A stretch of DNA of 64,000 bases, from the NCBI GenBank assembly GCA_951406725.2, contig OX597815.1:121520001-121584000 (forward strand), given 5' to 3'. This stretch comes from Octopus vulgaris. Lineage: Eukaryota. The translations under genes were made by a program, and so were the position numbers. Under the pieces are notes generated by a model that saw only the letters and a list, made by a program, of their open reading frames with translations, was not told the DNA's origin and searched no databases. Shown here piece after piece: positions 1-12,157 of this stretch (positions are counted from its first letter, which is position 1; each line of letters starts with the position of its first letter).

Positions 1-234
1 ACAGATAACTTCAGCTTTGTATATATCATCATCATCATCATCATCATCATCGTTTAACGTCCGCTTTCCATGCTAGTATGGGTTGGACGGTTCAACTGGG
101 GTCTGGCAAGCCCGAAGGCTGCACCAGGCCAGTCAGATCTGGCAGTGTTTCTACAGCTGGATGCCCTTCCTAACGCCAACCACTCCGAGAGTGTAGTGGG
201 TGATTTTATGTGCCACCGACACAAGATATAGATA
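1..234 (-). mobile_element. 5' end of a non-autonomous Helitron (same family as 37741-38131), interrupted by an RTE 3' fragment
   Basis: ACAGATAACTTCAGCTTTGTATATAT (1-26) plus ATATAGAT (~226-233) matches ACAGACAACTTCAGCTTTATATATATATAGAT at 38101-38132. Confidence 0.55.
27..222 (-). mobile_element. RTE-clade LINE 3' end fragment with (CAT)n tail
   Basis: (CAT)n-CGTTTAACGTCCGCTTTCCATGCTAG...CTACAGCTGGATGCCCTTCCTAACGCCAACCACTCC is near-identical to the 3' ends at 4250, 23010 and 40130-40289. Confidence 0.9.
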
Positions 235-2782
235 TAATAATAATGTTGAATGGCTTACTTGTTTTCTTTCTTGTAAAACCTATTTGAGGACTTTGCATTG
301 TGAGCATCCTGCAAAATCTCTACAATCTGAATCTGTGGGCTTGTAGTATGTATTATGTCCACATCTTTTGTTAGCATAGCACTGGGTAGTGTCTAGATGT
401 CTTTCAGTGTGGTGGCTCATTGATAGTTATTAAAAATGCTAGCTTGTGCTGGAATGAAACTAATCCAAGATGAAAAGTAAATGTGTAAAGTTTCCTCAAA
501 CTATTTGATATTCAGCAATTGTAAATATAAACATAATTTTTATTTTAAGTATAATTTTTAGCAATGCAAGCAGTATTAATACCAAAAGATAATCATATCC
601 TTATTAACTCATACATACATACAAATACACGCATGCACTCATGCATGCACACAAACACACACACACACAGAGTTCTTTCTTTAAATGATTTGCACAAATA
701 AACTGCCTGAGTTGGAAGTTAAATCATTAGTCTTATAAAACTACAAAATTAGAAATGCTAGTTTATGTATGTGTGTGTGTGTGTGTGTGTATCAACAAAT
801 CATTGAAAATAATTGATTGGATACAAACAAATTAGTTCTTGGTAAAAGTGGAAATATATGTAGCCTGAAAGATTTATTATTTAGAATTTTCAAACTTCAA
901 ACTTTATTAGATATAAACCCAAACAACAAGTAACTGTTCACTTTATTAGTAGGTCTAAACATAAACAAATAACTGAAATAATTATCCAGACATGAAATTA
1001 GAAGTTAATTTATCTTCATTACTGGAGTGCTATATATCTTTATTAAGAAACTTGCCCGGTTTTATTGTTTGTTCCAGTCAGCTTTTTATCAAGCAGATAC
1101 TTGGCACAGGAGCAGCCAATCAAATACTTGGTAGTGAACCATGAACTAAAAACCACATATACAAATTTGGTTTTTATCCATTTAATCTAGTACATTATCG
1201 ATACTTAAGTGTGTAATTATGTCCGGGGCAGATAATTTAGCAATGGAACTGTATCTCTAATTTTGGGTTGTGTGTCCATTGTTATTGGTATGCACAATTA
1301 TACTGGAAATATTTTCAGATTCTGTATTAAATTTCACACTTTATACCTTTATCATCAACTACAGCAACCAAGGAATTTTTTTCCTCCTCAGTGCTAGCAA
1401 GAATTGAAATGATATTCAACTTTGCTATCCTAACTGTATCCTGCATCATCTCTCATGGCCTAATATCATAAATTCATCCCAAATATTACTTGGCTTGCTT
1501 CTGCTCTTGCTCACTGCTATACTTGATTACCTTCTAGCTATACTTTTTCACTGATGCATTATCCATTATGCATTAGATATCTTCACTGGCCAAGTTATCA
1601 ACCGATATTTCCAATCATAATCACTTTCTCTATTTACCAACACTCCATCTAATTCTGCCAAGTTCAATTTGCACATGGAATAAATAAAACTTTGTTCATT
1701 TTGCTGTACTCACTGCAAGTTTTCTGCCTTAAAATTTCCATGTTTCATTACTAGACAGTATCACATATCTGATACCCACATCTTACTGATTATTGCTTTC
1801 AATGAACGATGAATCCCTTCAAACTAGCAACAGTAATAGTTTTCTGTTTTTCCCTCTCACTTACTTTAACAGTATTTATTGATTATGATCTTTGATCTCT
1901 CGGTAATAAAACTTGGAATAAGTTTCAGTGCTTCTAAAAGCTATATCTGAGAAATTGTTTACAGAAAATTCCCAGAAACATTTTTGGGGGGTTTTAAAGA
2001 AATGTATGTAATGAATTCACAACAATTATATTCTTATGAAAAAACAGACTCTGATTAATTTCCTTGGTAGAGGAGCATAAACTGTAAAGTAAATGTTTGT
2101 TGCATTTCATCTATCCAGTATTAACATGCAAATACTTGTTGACCTTCAGATCATCTATAATGAAGCAAGCTTATGATATATAGGTACCTAAATTGCAAAT
2201 TTTAATATTCAATGGTTAATTATATAGAATGCAGTATTATAGTTATGAACTTGTATTCACTCCACTGTTTAGTTTACTTCTGCCACAGCATAGGCAGGTA
2301 TGATGAACTTGGTTGGAGTGTGACAGTGGCTGTTACTCTATATTCACGATTGTTGTATTCATCCCAATATAGTAATATTGCTGTGTGTTCATTTTATTTG
2401 CCTGGACTGAGTGGGGCAGATTGCATTTTAGAATTGTGTTGTATCAGTGTTCTGGGATGTGGTAGTTGTGTGGTTTTTGTTTGAGGGTGATCATGCATGT
2501 AGTAGAACATTGATTGTATTTGATATTGCCTAGTGTTTCTACTAAGAAAATAAATGGAAGATATGGTGGGTGTTATTTTAAATTTATTGTTTTGAAGCCT
2601 GGTATCCTGGAAATTGATGCATGGTTGGAGTAGTCTTGGGAAAGGAGCGAGATTGTGAATGACATGTCACCTGGATGAGATAAGCATCAATAATACTGTG
2701 AATTTGATCCAATTGATTATACATTTCTTTCCATAAAGTTGTGATCTTGTGCCAGTATGACCAATCACTATTTTAGAATTTT

Positions 2783-3155
2783 TTATCTTTTGCTTGATCC
2801 AGTCAAGCTGCAACCATGCTAGGGCATCACCTTGAAGTTTTAGTTGGATGAACCAACTCCAGTACTTACGTTTTTTAAAGCATTGTACTTATTCTATTGA
2901 TCTTTTTTGCTGAACCTCTAAGTTTTGGGGGTATAAACACACCAACACCAATTGTTAAGTAGTGGTGGGTGACAAACACAAATACAAAGACACACACACA
3001 TACATATATGATGAGCTTCTTTCAGTTTCCGCTCACAAAGTGCTTTGGCGGCTGGCCTAAGGCTACAGTAGAAGACACTTGCCCAATGTGCCATGCAGTG
3101 GGACTGAACTTGACCCCATGTGGTTGAGAAGCAAAGATCTTACCATACAGCCACT
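2783..3155 (-). mobile_element. tRNA-derived SINE, family A (internal microsatellite)
   Basis: Reverse complement of the 63486-63922 copy: AGAAGACACTTGCCCAA..GTGCCATGCAGTGGGACTGAAC head, with internal (CA)n. Confidence 0.85.
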
Positions 3156-4249
3156 AGTTATTTTTTAATCTTTTGCTTGTTAATGTATAGCTTCATATTA
3201 TTTTTCATAATCTCTTCCAGTTACACATATAATCAGAAAAAATTTGCATCATAGGCATCCTCAAGAACTCTGAGGCAAAGACCAGTTACAGATTATATAA
3301 CTTATTGAATATATTATTTTATCATAAACACCTGACTCCATTAGCTTTAGCTCATAACTTTACTCTTGATATTTTCATTACTGATTTAAGAAACTAAATA
3401 ATTTATCTGATTCTTATGCATGTCATATAAGTTGTCAGTTAGGAAGACAAAATATAGCTATTACTTATTCATAGTTAATTATTTTTAACATATTCTATGC
3501 AATGAATATGATATTCCAAATCATGGCATAGAACTACATAGTCAATCCAAGAAAGATATATTAATCTAGTTTCTCATGTATAAAATGTTCATGGTAACTT
3601 GGAGGTTCACTGCATACTTGATAAGTATTATAGATTAGATAATATACATAAAGAAAATATATCTTTATGGAATCAGCTTTGCCAGTGCTATTGACTTTAA
3701 GAATTGTGGCTTAGTGACAAAGCATTTCCCAGGAATATTCAAAAGGAGATGTGGCTTCAGTGAAATTGGTTATATTGATTTATAATTTATAATTTATATT
3801 GCCAGAGGGTTTGAAACAAGAAACACATCTCAAGTTCTATTATTTTTAGATAACTGATATTTAGATAAAGCTATCGGTTGCTATGATATATCTTTAACTA
3901 ATGAAGATAAGCAGGTCTGAATTTCAAATCTTTTAAAAGAAAATATCAAATAAGATTGGAATGAATATTTGCTTTTGAATCTCATTATAAAAATAAAAAC
4001 TAATAAAATAAAAGGTGTGTCGTTATTTTAGTTAAGTCCATTGTCTCATTTCTATTCATTTATCATAGATATTAACTGAATATAGATATGACTCACATCC
4101 ACACATATGGCTTATTTGTTTTCTATGGACATATAGAACTGAGATATAAGAGTTTTTGGCTAATTAGTTTGATTATATCATTCCAGTGGAAATCTTTATG
4201 TTCTGAATATTTGAAATGATTTTTAAAGACATTGATTTCTGTAATATAT

Positions 4250-5213
4250 ATCATCATCATCGTTTAACGTCCTTTCTCCATGCTAGCATGGGTTGGGCGG
4301 TTCGACCGGGGATCTGGGAAGCCAGAAGGCTGCACCAGGCTCCAGTCTGATCTGGCAGTGTTTCTACAGCTGGATGCCCTTCCTAACGCCAACCACTCCG
4401 TGAGTGTAGTGGGTGCCTTTTACGTGCCACCTGCACAGGTGCCAGGCGAGGCTGGCAATGGCCACGATCGGATTGGTGCATTTTACGTGCCACCGGCACG
4501 GAAGCCACTGCTGGCATCGGCCATGATTCGGATGGTGCTTTTTACGTGCCACCGGCACGGAAGCCAGTCAAGGCGGCGCTGGCATCGGCCACGATTCGGA
4601 TAGTGCTTTTACATGCCACCATCTCGGGGATCACAACTGCAGTTTCCATTGATTTTGATGTTGGTGTACTTGACTCAATGGATCTCCTTGAGCACAGTGT
4701 TGAAATGGTGTTTCTTCACTTGCCACCTGCACAGGAGTCAGTCCAGCGGTCCTGGCAACTGCCGGGTGCCGGTCATAGGATTGGTTCAATTTCGGTTCCG
4801 ATTTCACTTGCCCCAACAGGTCTTCGCAAGCAGAGTTTGGTGTCCAATGAAGGGAGGTTGGCATGGGTGCCTGTCGTCAGATGAGATTCAATTTCGACTT
4901 CACTTGCCTCAACAGGTCTTTGTGTGTCCAAGGGAGGAAAGACATGCATAAGTGGGCTGGAATCACTTGTCCTGCCGGGTCTTCTCACGCACAGCATATT
5001 TCCAAAGGTCTCAGTCACTAGTCATTGCCTCGGTGAGGCCTAAAGTTCGAAGGTCGTGCTTCACCACCTCGTCCCAGGTTTTCCTGGGTCTATCTCTTCC
5101 ACGGGTTCCCTCAACTGCTAGGGATTGGCACTTTTTCACACACCTACCTTCATCCATTCTCGCCACCTGACAATACCAGCGCAACCATCTCTCTTGCACA
5201 CCACAGCTGATGC
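4250..5213 (-). mobile_element. 5'-truncated RTE LINE: ORF C-terminus, 3' UTR with ~60-bp subrepeats, (CAT)n tail
   Basis: ORF 5011-5217(-) LRWYCQVARMDEGRCVKKC...RGRDRPRKTWDEVVKHDL matches the RTE C-terminal LRWxGHVxRM...RxRGRP motif. Confidence 0.92.
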
Positions 5214-5225
5214 ACACCTATATAT

Positions 5226-5420
5226 TTTATCTTTTACTTGTTTCAGTCAATACACTGTGGCCATGCTGGGGCACTGCTTTGAAGAATTTTAGTTGAATGA
5301 ATTGACCTTCACCCCACCAGTATCTTTTTAAAGCCTGGCACTTTTACTGAACCACTAAGCTACAGACATGTAAACACACCAACACTGGTGATAGTGGGGG
5401 GACAAACACAGACAAACAAG
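5226..5420 (-). mobile_element. SINE family A, 3' portion
   Basis: TTTTATCTTTTACTTGTTTCAGTC..GTGGCCATGCTGGGGCAC is the reverse complement of the family A 3' end. Confidence 0.8.
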
Positions 5421-5421
5421 A

Positions 5422-5452
<31 letters not shown>

Positions 5453-5460
<8 letters not shown>

Positions 5461-5790
5461 AAATCTGTTCTGCCTGTGTGTGTGTGTTCTAGGATCTCAT
5501 GCATCCTCCATCTGATTGCACTCAAATTTGATGACAGTATCAGGGCATGTATAAGTCTTGAAAAAATTACAAAAATCGATTCCAGGTGAGAATGCAATTG
5601 ATAAAGCCGTGGGAACGTGCATTTGTATGCGCAAGTACATCAGTCGAAATCTGTCTTTTGCTTGTGTCTCAAATTTAGGTTAAATCAGTGTTTCTCAAAG
5701 GGAAGGCCTATGAGACGGTCGGACAAGTTGTTTTGAGAAAATTTGGTTTAAATGTTTGACAACTCAGCACTGTCCATTTGAGGGGGGTGG
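5453..5790 (+). mobile_element. probable non-autonomous Helitron-like 5' fragment between (TA)n tracts
   Basis: ATATTATATAAAATCTGTTCTGCCTGTGTGTG...CTCAAATTTG resembles the 5' organisation of invertebrate non-autonomous Helitrons. No 3' CTAG end is seen. Confidence 0.35.
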
Positions 5791-6747
5791 GGCGTTTTGT
5801 GTGTATATATATATATATATATATAGTAGTGATTGCAAATAAATGTCCTTGTTAATTCCAATTTATTCAACTATTTATTCACACATTACAGAAGCCTAAA
5901 TGCAAATCTAGAAGGAAGTACATAATATTACTGCTGGATAGTATAGGGTGGAATCCTCGCAATTTCAGCTGATTAATCTTGAGATTGCTCCAATCTGGCC
6001 AGCCTCAAGGAAAAACTAAGCTAAGAGCATTAGATTCCTTGGAAAAAAGCATCGAATGTATATGAAGCAAGGACGGAAAAACGGACGATGTTACACGAAT
6101 ATAAATACAAAAATAATACAAAAAACAATAATAATAATAACAGGACATAACAACAGGTGACTTTCGACTGGGAACAAATTGAATTCAGCTGGCGTGTTGG
6201 GAATTAAGCCTTACGGCAGAGAGAAGAATATCGATGTGGCAGTGACCGTGGTCAAACGCAAAAAGGGCTAGCAGTCGGTCAACAGTCATGTGAGAATATA
6301 TATATTTATATATATATATGTATGTACATATATGTATACAGTATTCACTCACCATATTACAGTTCATCTATCACACCCTCAGTACATTGTGGATTATTCT
6401 GGCTAATATATGTAAATTTATATTGCTGACTCCTCAGTATATCTCGGGTTTCTGCAATTGATAGGTATTTATATTTTTTTTAGATTTTAATTATTTCTGT
6501 GGTAAAATAAGCATTTTCACGCCTATAAATTAATAAATAAAAATACAGTACAGTACTGCACTGTATAACACATTAATTAATATATATTAAAAGAAAATAC
6601 ATAATGTACCGTAGATGAGTAAACAAAGAATCACACATACTGTATGGAAAATGAAACTTGGGAGGTGAGTGTGGTGTTGTTTTGCATATATAATAAAATA
6701 AATATATACAAATTATAAAAATAATAAAGAAAAAGTATACAGTACAG

Positions 6748-7400
6748 TACTGTTTGGACAGTTTGACTGAGGACTGGTGAGCCAGAAGGCTGCACTATGC
6801 TCCAATCTGATCTGGCAAAGTTTCTACAGCTGGACGCCCTTTCTAACACCAACCAGTCTGAGAGTGTAGTGGGTGCTTTTCCTGTGCCATCTGCACAAGG
6901 GCCAGTCAAGTGGCACTAGCAACAACCACACTCGAATGGGGCTTTTTACGTGCCACCAGCAGAGGAGCCAGTCAGGCAGCGCTAGCAACGACCACGCTCG
7001 AATGGTGTTTTTCACATGCCACTGGCACGCGAGCTACTCAGGCAACAATGGCAATGATCACGCTCAAATGGTGCTTTTAACGTGCCACTAGCACGGGTGC
7101 CAATTAGGCAGTACTGTCATTAGCCACAACAACAATTTCACTTACCTCAACAGGCCTTTGCAAGTGCAGTTTATTGCCCAATGATTGAAAGGTACTCTTA
7201 ATTGGGCTGGTTAAGCTCCACTGGCATAGACCATGGTTATGGTCTCACTTGGCTTGCTGGGTCTTCTCAAGCACAGCATATCTCCAAAGGTCTCGGTCGC
7301 TTGTCATTGCCTCAGTGAGGCCCAATGTTCGAAGGTTGTGCTTCACCACCTCATCCCAGGTCTTTCTGAGTCTATCTCTTCCACAAATGTCTTCTACTCT
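6748..7400 (-). mobile_element. RTE LINE 3' fragment
   Basis: ORF 7245-7463(-) contains GRDRLRKTWDEVVKHNLRTLGLTEAMTSDRDLWRYAVLEKT; UTR subrepeats GGTGCTTTTTACGTGCCAC are present. Confidence 0.88.
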
Positions 7401-7460
7401 AGCCATGGGCCAGCCTATGTCTTGTGAGTGAATTTGGTAGATGGAGACTATGTGGAAGCC

Positions 7461-7511
<51 letters not shown>

Positions 7512-7745
7512 AGAGAGAGAGAGGGTGAGTGAGTGAGTGCTTATTTTTGATCCTCATCATTGCATGAAACCAGTGTTGGTTTGTTTATATCTATGCAATT
7601 TGGTAGTTGGGTGAAAGAGACTAATAGTATAAGTGCCAGATTTACAAAAATAAGTACTGGAGGTCATTTGTTCGACTAAACCCTTGAAGATGGTACCCCA
7701 CCTTGGTCAGTGTCCAATAACTGAAACAAGTAAAACTTCAAAGAT
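7395..7745 (+). mobile_element. SINE family A, 5'-truncated
   Basis: TGTGAGTGAATTTGGTAGATGGAGAC...(TA)n...ATAAGTACTGG...AACTGAAACAAGTAAAA. Confidence 0.8.
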
Positions 7746-9227
7746 AAGTGGCCTGAGGCCCACAGAGAACAGCTCAGTAACATATATGTAGGTCACAGCT
7801 CACTTGTTGCTGACCTTTGAAATTTCCTGTTCCTTCTCCCATAGCCTTTAGAACTTTGTTATTAAAATTGATATGTAATAAATAGGTTATATTTCTACAA
7901 TACACAAAATATTTTGACTTTTTTTATATATAATTCCTAGTAATACTTAAGTTTAAAATATTAGAAAATATTTTTTGTACACAGTAAATGGCTATGGGAG
8001 TCCAGTAAAGTAGGAATCAAAAGGCCCATGGGCAATAAATGATTAAGAACCACTGCTTGAGATCATATATTTATAAACTTCAGTGTAATTTTATAACTGC
8101 CATTATCTATCCATTTAACATGCTCCTAAATTGACAACTGAATCTTAAAATATATTCAAGTTTTCTTTTAAATCCAAACTCAATCTGTATTCTGGTTTTG
8201 CAATAATTATTTAATGTCTATACACTGTTGATAGGCAAGTTATTGCAGTATATATTCTGAGATAACATCTCTTATGGATATACTGTGTAAAAAAAAAACA
8301 TGCATTGAAGGGACTACAGCATTTGGCCTATCAATGATATATATACTTTAAATATGATATACAAATGGCTATTGAAATTTTAATACTGCCTCAGTTGTGT
8401 TTAGCAGATTTTTCTTCAGCTGACTGGCTGTTCACAACACCAGTGAATGTTTTATTTACTGTTTACTATATATGAAGTAACAAGTTCTCAACTAAGCATA
8501 TAGCTAGCTGTGAGTACATGTCATTGAAAAGGCCCAAAAAGGTCAAAATGCATCTCAGATTCTCTCTGATAGCTGCTGCAATGATTTTCATTTCCCTTCA
8601 ATATTTATTGCAATTTTAACATATCATGTCCATAAGAGATGTCATCTCAGGATAAATACCACAGTAACTAGCCTGTATATACATTGAATATGATACATAG
8701 ACAGCTTAATCTATTTTGATTAAATTTATATGAACACTTTTCTTTTGACCTTTACCATTTTCTTACATTTGTGAACTTTGATGACAGATATATAAATCTG
8801 GATGAATATGTTTCACCAATCTGTTGAATATTACTGTGGAAACAATGTTTGTCCTTTAGTCTATAACCTGTCAATATATACACATTTGTTTTAGGAGCAG
8901 TGAGAGATAAGGTTAAGGATTTGTGGCATATCTGTTTGAGGAAGTAAACCTTCATTTCATTAGCCTTAAGATCAATAATGATGAATCGAATCACTCAAAT
9001 ATATGTCTCTTAACTGAAACAAATATACTTAATTCATTTAACATGTATTCTTCCCCATTTTTCATAAACAGCAATATTATTTAGTGAGGTAATATTACTG
9101 TAGAGCAAGAACAGTATGATTATAACACCTATCTATCTATCTATCTATCTATCTATCTCTCTACATAAATACATTTTACATATGCGCGCACACACACATA
9201 CACACGTATATATACACACACACATGC

Positions 9228-9269
<42 letters not shown>

Positions 9270-10919
9270 TATTTGTGTGTGAGTATACCTTTCTTTGATC
9301 ATTTCATTTCTCTAGGTAAGATTGAGAAATCAGCCAACATTAATGAACCTTTTCACCTTCCTTTCTTTAATGCATTCAATGGAATTTGGAACGAATTTCC
9401 CCTTTGCTCTTCATGCCTACCGACCTTGTAGTCATATTTCTAAGCTATAAGTGTTTCCTTCCTGTCACTTACTTTGTTCTCTTTTTATCTGGTATTGCTT
9501 ACACTGCTTCAGCATCTCGCTACCTTATTGATCCATTGCAAGTAGAGCAATGCAATACTTGAAAACATAGTTTGGGCCAACATAGTTTCACTTCAAATAT
9601 GTTAAATGTCACCCATGTTTTAATATATTATGTAAATTTCTAAATATGCATCGAGAGTTTTCTTTATATATTATACTCACTAATCATATTTATTAATTAG
9701 TATCACCTTCTTGCCATTTCATATAAGATGATGAAGAAAATCTTGCTACTTCAATAATCTGCATATTCTTTAACTATAAGTTTTCCACTTTTGCACTAAT
9801 TATCTTATCTAAATACCACCTTCTGTGTCATTTCTCTACTTCTACACTGGTTGCCTTATATTTTTAAATACCACTTTCCGTATCATGATAATCTATAGCT
9901 TATACTTGTATATCTCTTGTTACCAACTGAATTCTGTTATAACTATTATTTGTGATGAATGAGTTTATGAGTCTAAAATGACAATGGTATAGAAACATGT
10001 ATCGTGATGTTAATATATCATTTGCTTTTTTTTAATTACGCATCTATGTAGTCATTGCCTTTTTATCTATTTTCATTAAAAGCTTAAGCCATTCTTAGTT
10101 TGAAATTAATGTATTAATTCTTATTGTCCATTTTCTAAGTTCAATTAATGCTCTCATCAGCTTCATTCTTTAACCTTTTCTAATTCAATTAAATAACTAT
10201 TACATTTGTATTGCTGTGGACTTAATTAACTGCATATCATAAATTATGGCATATATCTACAAAAGGAATCATTACAATTAATATTGTTGCTAATATTGAT
10301 CAATTATGATAAATTGTTCAGTAATTTTCATTTACTTTTATTAAAGATAACAAAGCACAATCTTACTAGTTGTCTCGTTATTGTAACTATGAGTTTAATA
10401 CTTCCACATTAAGCAAGTATCAACTTACAATAATCTGGCTTGCAGTTTTGATTTAGCCTTCAGGACTTGGTTTGTTTTTTTTTATTCTACATTTTGAAAC
10501 TTGTACTCGCAGGACTACTTTTTGCGAATAGCTATATTACGAGGTGGTGTTTAATTGATTTTGTTGTTTAGATAAGACAGTCAATAATGAGTTCATGAAA
10601 GGTTGATTGATTGATTCAAAAGTTGTTTATCTATTTAGCAATTATATAGTATTCATTCTTGCTTAAGAAGAAAAAAAAATATTCTCATTGGTAATAGATG
10701 TTGACTGCAGATTGCAAATTAACCAGTTGTTAATGGTATGGTCACCATTTCATTTTCAATCTTTACGTCTAAATAAGTTATTCCAGATGTTTCTAAGAAT
10801 TTCAAACATCTGAATAGAATGGCAGCTGTTTTAGGAGTTAACTGTTTCAAAGTTCATTTCAAGAAAACCACTTACTATCTTAATATTTGACCTCTAAAAA
10901 AATACATTTCAATTCATGT

Positions 10920-11275
10920 GTTGTTAAGAAGCTTGATTTCCAGCCATGTGATTTTGTGTTCTGTTCCAATATACAGCATCTTGAGCAAGGGTTTTCTACT
11001 ATGGCCATGGGCTAACTTAATCCTTCTGAATGGATTTGGTAGTCAGTATTTGAAAGAATCACACTGTGTGCATGCACTATTGTCTTGACATCACTTTGAG
11101 GGTTTTCAACAAACACCACTGTCATACAAGCAGTGTTGTTCATGGAAATACGTGCCTGGCCATGGGAAATATTACCTCACTTGGAAACAAGTGAGGCTGT
11201 AGAAAATCTGCCTCAATAAATTCCATCCTAACTATGTGAGCATGGCAAAGTGGACATTTAATGATGTTAACGATA
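10920..11275 (+). mobile_element. SINE with family-A head and RTE-like 3' tail
   Basis: Head GTTAAGAAGCTTG..TTGAGCAAG; 3' end GGAAACAAGTGAG..GTAGAAAATCTGCCTC..GCATGGCAAAGTGGACATTTAATGATG. Confidence 0.7.
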
Positions 11276-11554
11276 CATCTGCAACCTTCTTGTTTCATTC
11301 ATATTGCTAATGTCCTTAAGAAAAGGCTGAATGTCACAAATCTAAAGGAATACTCTTGTGTAAAATCTAAAATTTTTATGCAATGAGTAACTATTTAAGA
11401 GGGGTGGGGGAAAACAAAACTAAAGAAAATAAATGAACATGAGATGAATAGAATATTTTTTTATCATTTCTGTTTATACTCATGCTTATAGATTTTGATG
11501 AACTTATAGTTTATTTACATTTGACAGATATTTGTCCTCATCTTGTTTGTTGTT

Positions 11555-11600
11555 AACACAACGTTTTCGCTGATATACCCTCCAGCCTTCATCAGGCGTC
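11555..11600 (-). ncRNA. minimal type I hammerhead ribozyme motif (PLE-type), left arm
   Basis: Minus strand reads GACGC-CTGATGA-AG-GCTG(gagggtatat)CAGC-GAAA-ACGTT-GTGTT. Confidence 0.6.
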
Positions 11601-11822
11601 TTAGGGAAATTTCAAATCTGGGTTCTCATTCCTAAGGTATTTTTCTTTATTATTATTATTATTATTCAGGTCACTGCTTGGAATCAAACTCAGAATCTTG
11701 GGGTTAGTAGCGCACGTTCTTAACCACTATGCCATATGGCTGTGGGCCCACGAGCATATGGCATAGTGATTAAGAGCACATGCTACTAACCCCGAAATTC
11801 CAAGTTTGATTCCAGGCAATGA

Positions 11823-11860
<38 letters not shown>

Positions 11861-11907
11861 TCGAAAAATACCTTAGGAATGAGTACCCAGGTTTGAAATT
11901 TCCTTAA

Positions 11908-11955
11908 GACACCTGATGAAGGCTGGAGGGTATATCAGCCAAAACATGTTTGCAA
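11908..11955 (+). ncRNA. degenerate minimal hammerhead motif, right arm (GAAA changed to AAAA)
   Basis: GACAC-CTGATGA-A-GGCTG(gagggtatat)CAGCC-AAAA-CATG; the changes fit CpG decay of CCGAAACG. Confidence 0.5.
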
Positions 11956-12157
11956 CAAACAAGATGAGGACAAATATCTGTCAAATGTAAATAATGTACA
12001 TAATTCCTCATCTCTTGAATATAGAACTGAATTTATAGTTTGTTCTATTTATTTCTTTTTCTTTTTAATTTACCTATTTTGCATCTATATGGTTTTTTTT
12101 TCTTTTTGTACATTTCTTGGTTTTACTATTCCTTGTAAATTCTTTGTATAACATGAT

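Larger units (their letters stand above)
11511..12027. mobile_element. Palindromic non-autonomous element: tRNA-like head, (AAT)n and PLE-type hammerhead in each arm; one-sided tail; 14-bp TSD
   Basis: Arms 11511-11746 and 11747-11994 are reverse complements meeting at GTGGGCCCAC. The flanks are TGAACTTATAGTTT (11499-11512) and TGAATTTATAGTTT (12028-12041). Confidence 0.85.

Noticed and set aside
236-430. Possible R4/Dong 3' remnants here and at ~59705-59860
   Set aside because: Only a few residues resemble the motif, too degenerate to support a call.
4411-4620. Repeat-spacer-like array resembling CRISPR
   Set aside because: It lies in a eukaryotic LINE 3' UTR, the spacers are homologous to each other, and there are no cas genes.
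5940-6295. Possible PLE terminus with a hammerhead on the minus strand (GGCTGG...CAGCTGAAATTGCG)
   Set aside because: There is no CTGANGA box and no clear stem I/III. It is probably an unclassified repeat between (TA)n tracts.
8767-8867. Minus-strand candidate exon (YRLKDKHCFHSNIQQIGETYSSRFIYLSSKFTN, donor gtaaga)
   Set aside because: Poor polypyrimidine tract, no partner exons found and no recognisable homology.
11752-11825. Functional tRNA gene
   Set aside because: Degenerate acceptor and T arms, mutated B box, and embedded in a repeat; it is a tRNA-derived head only.
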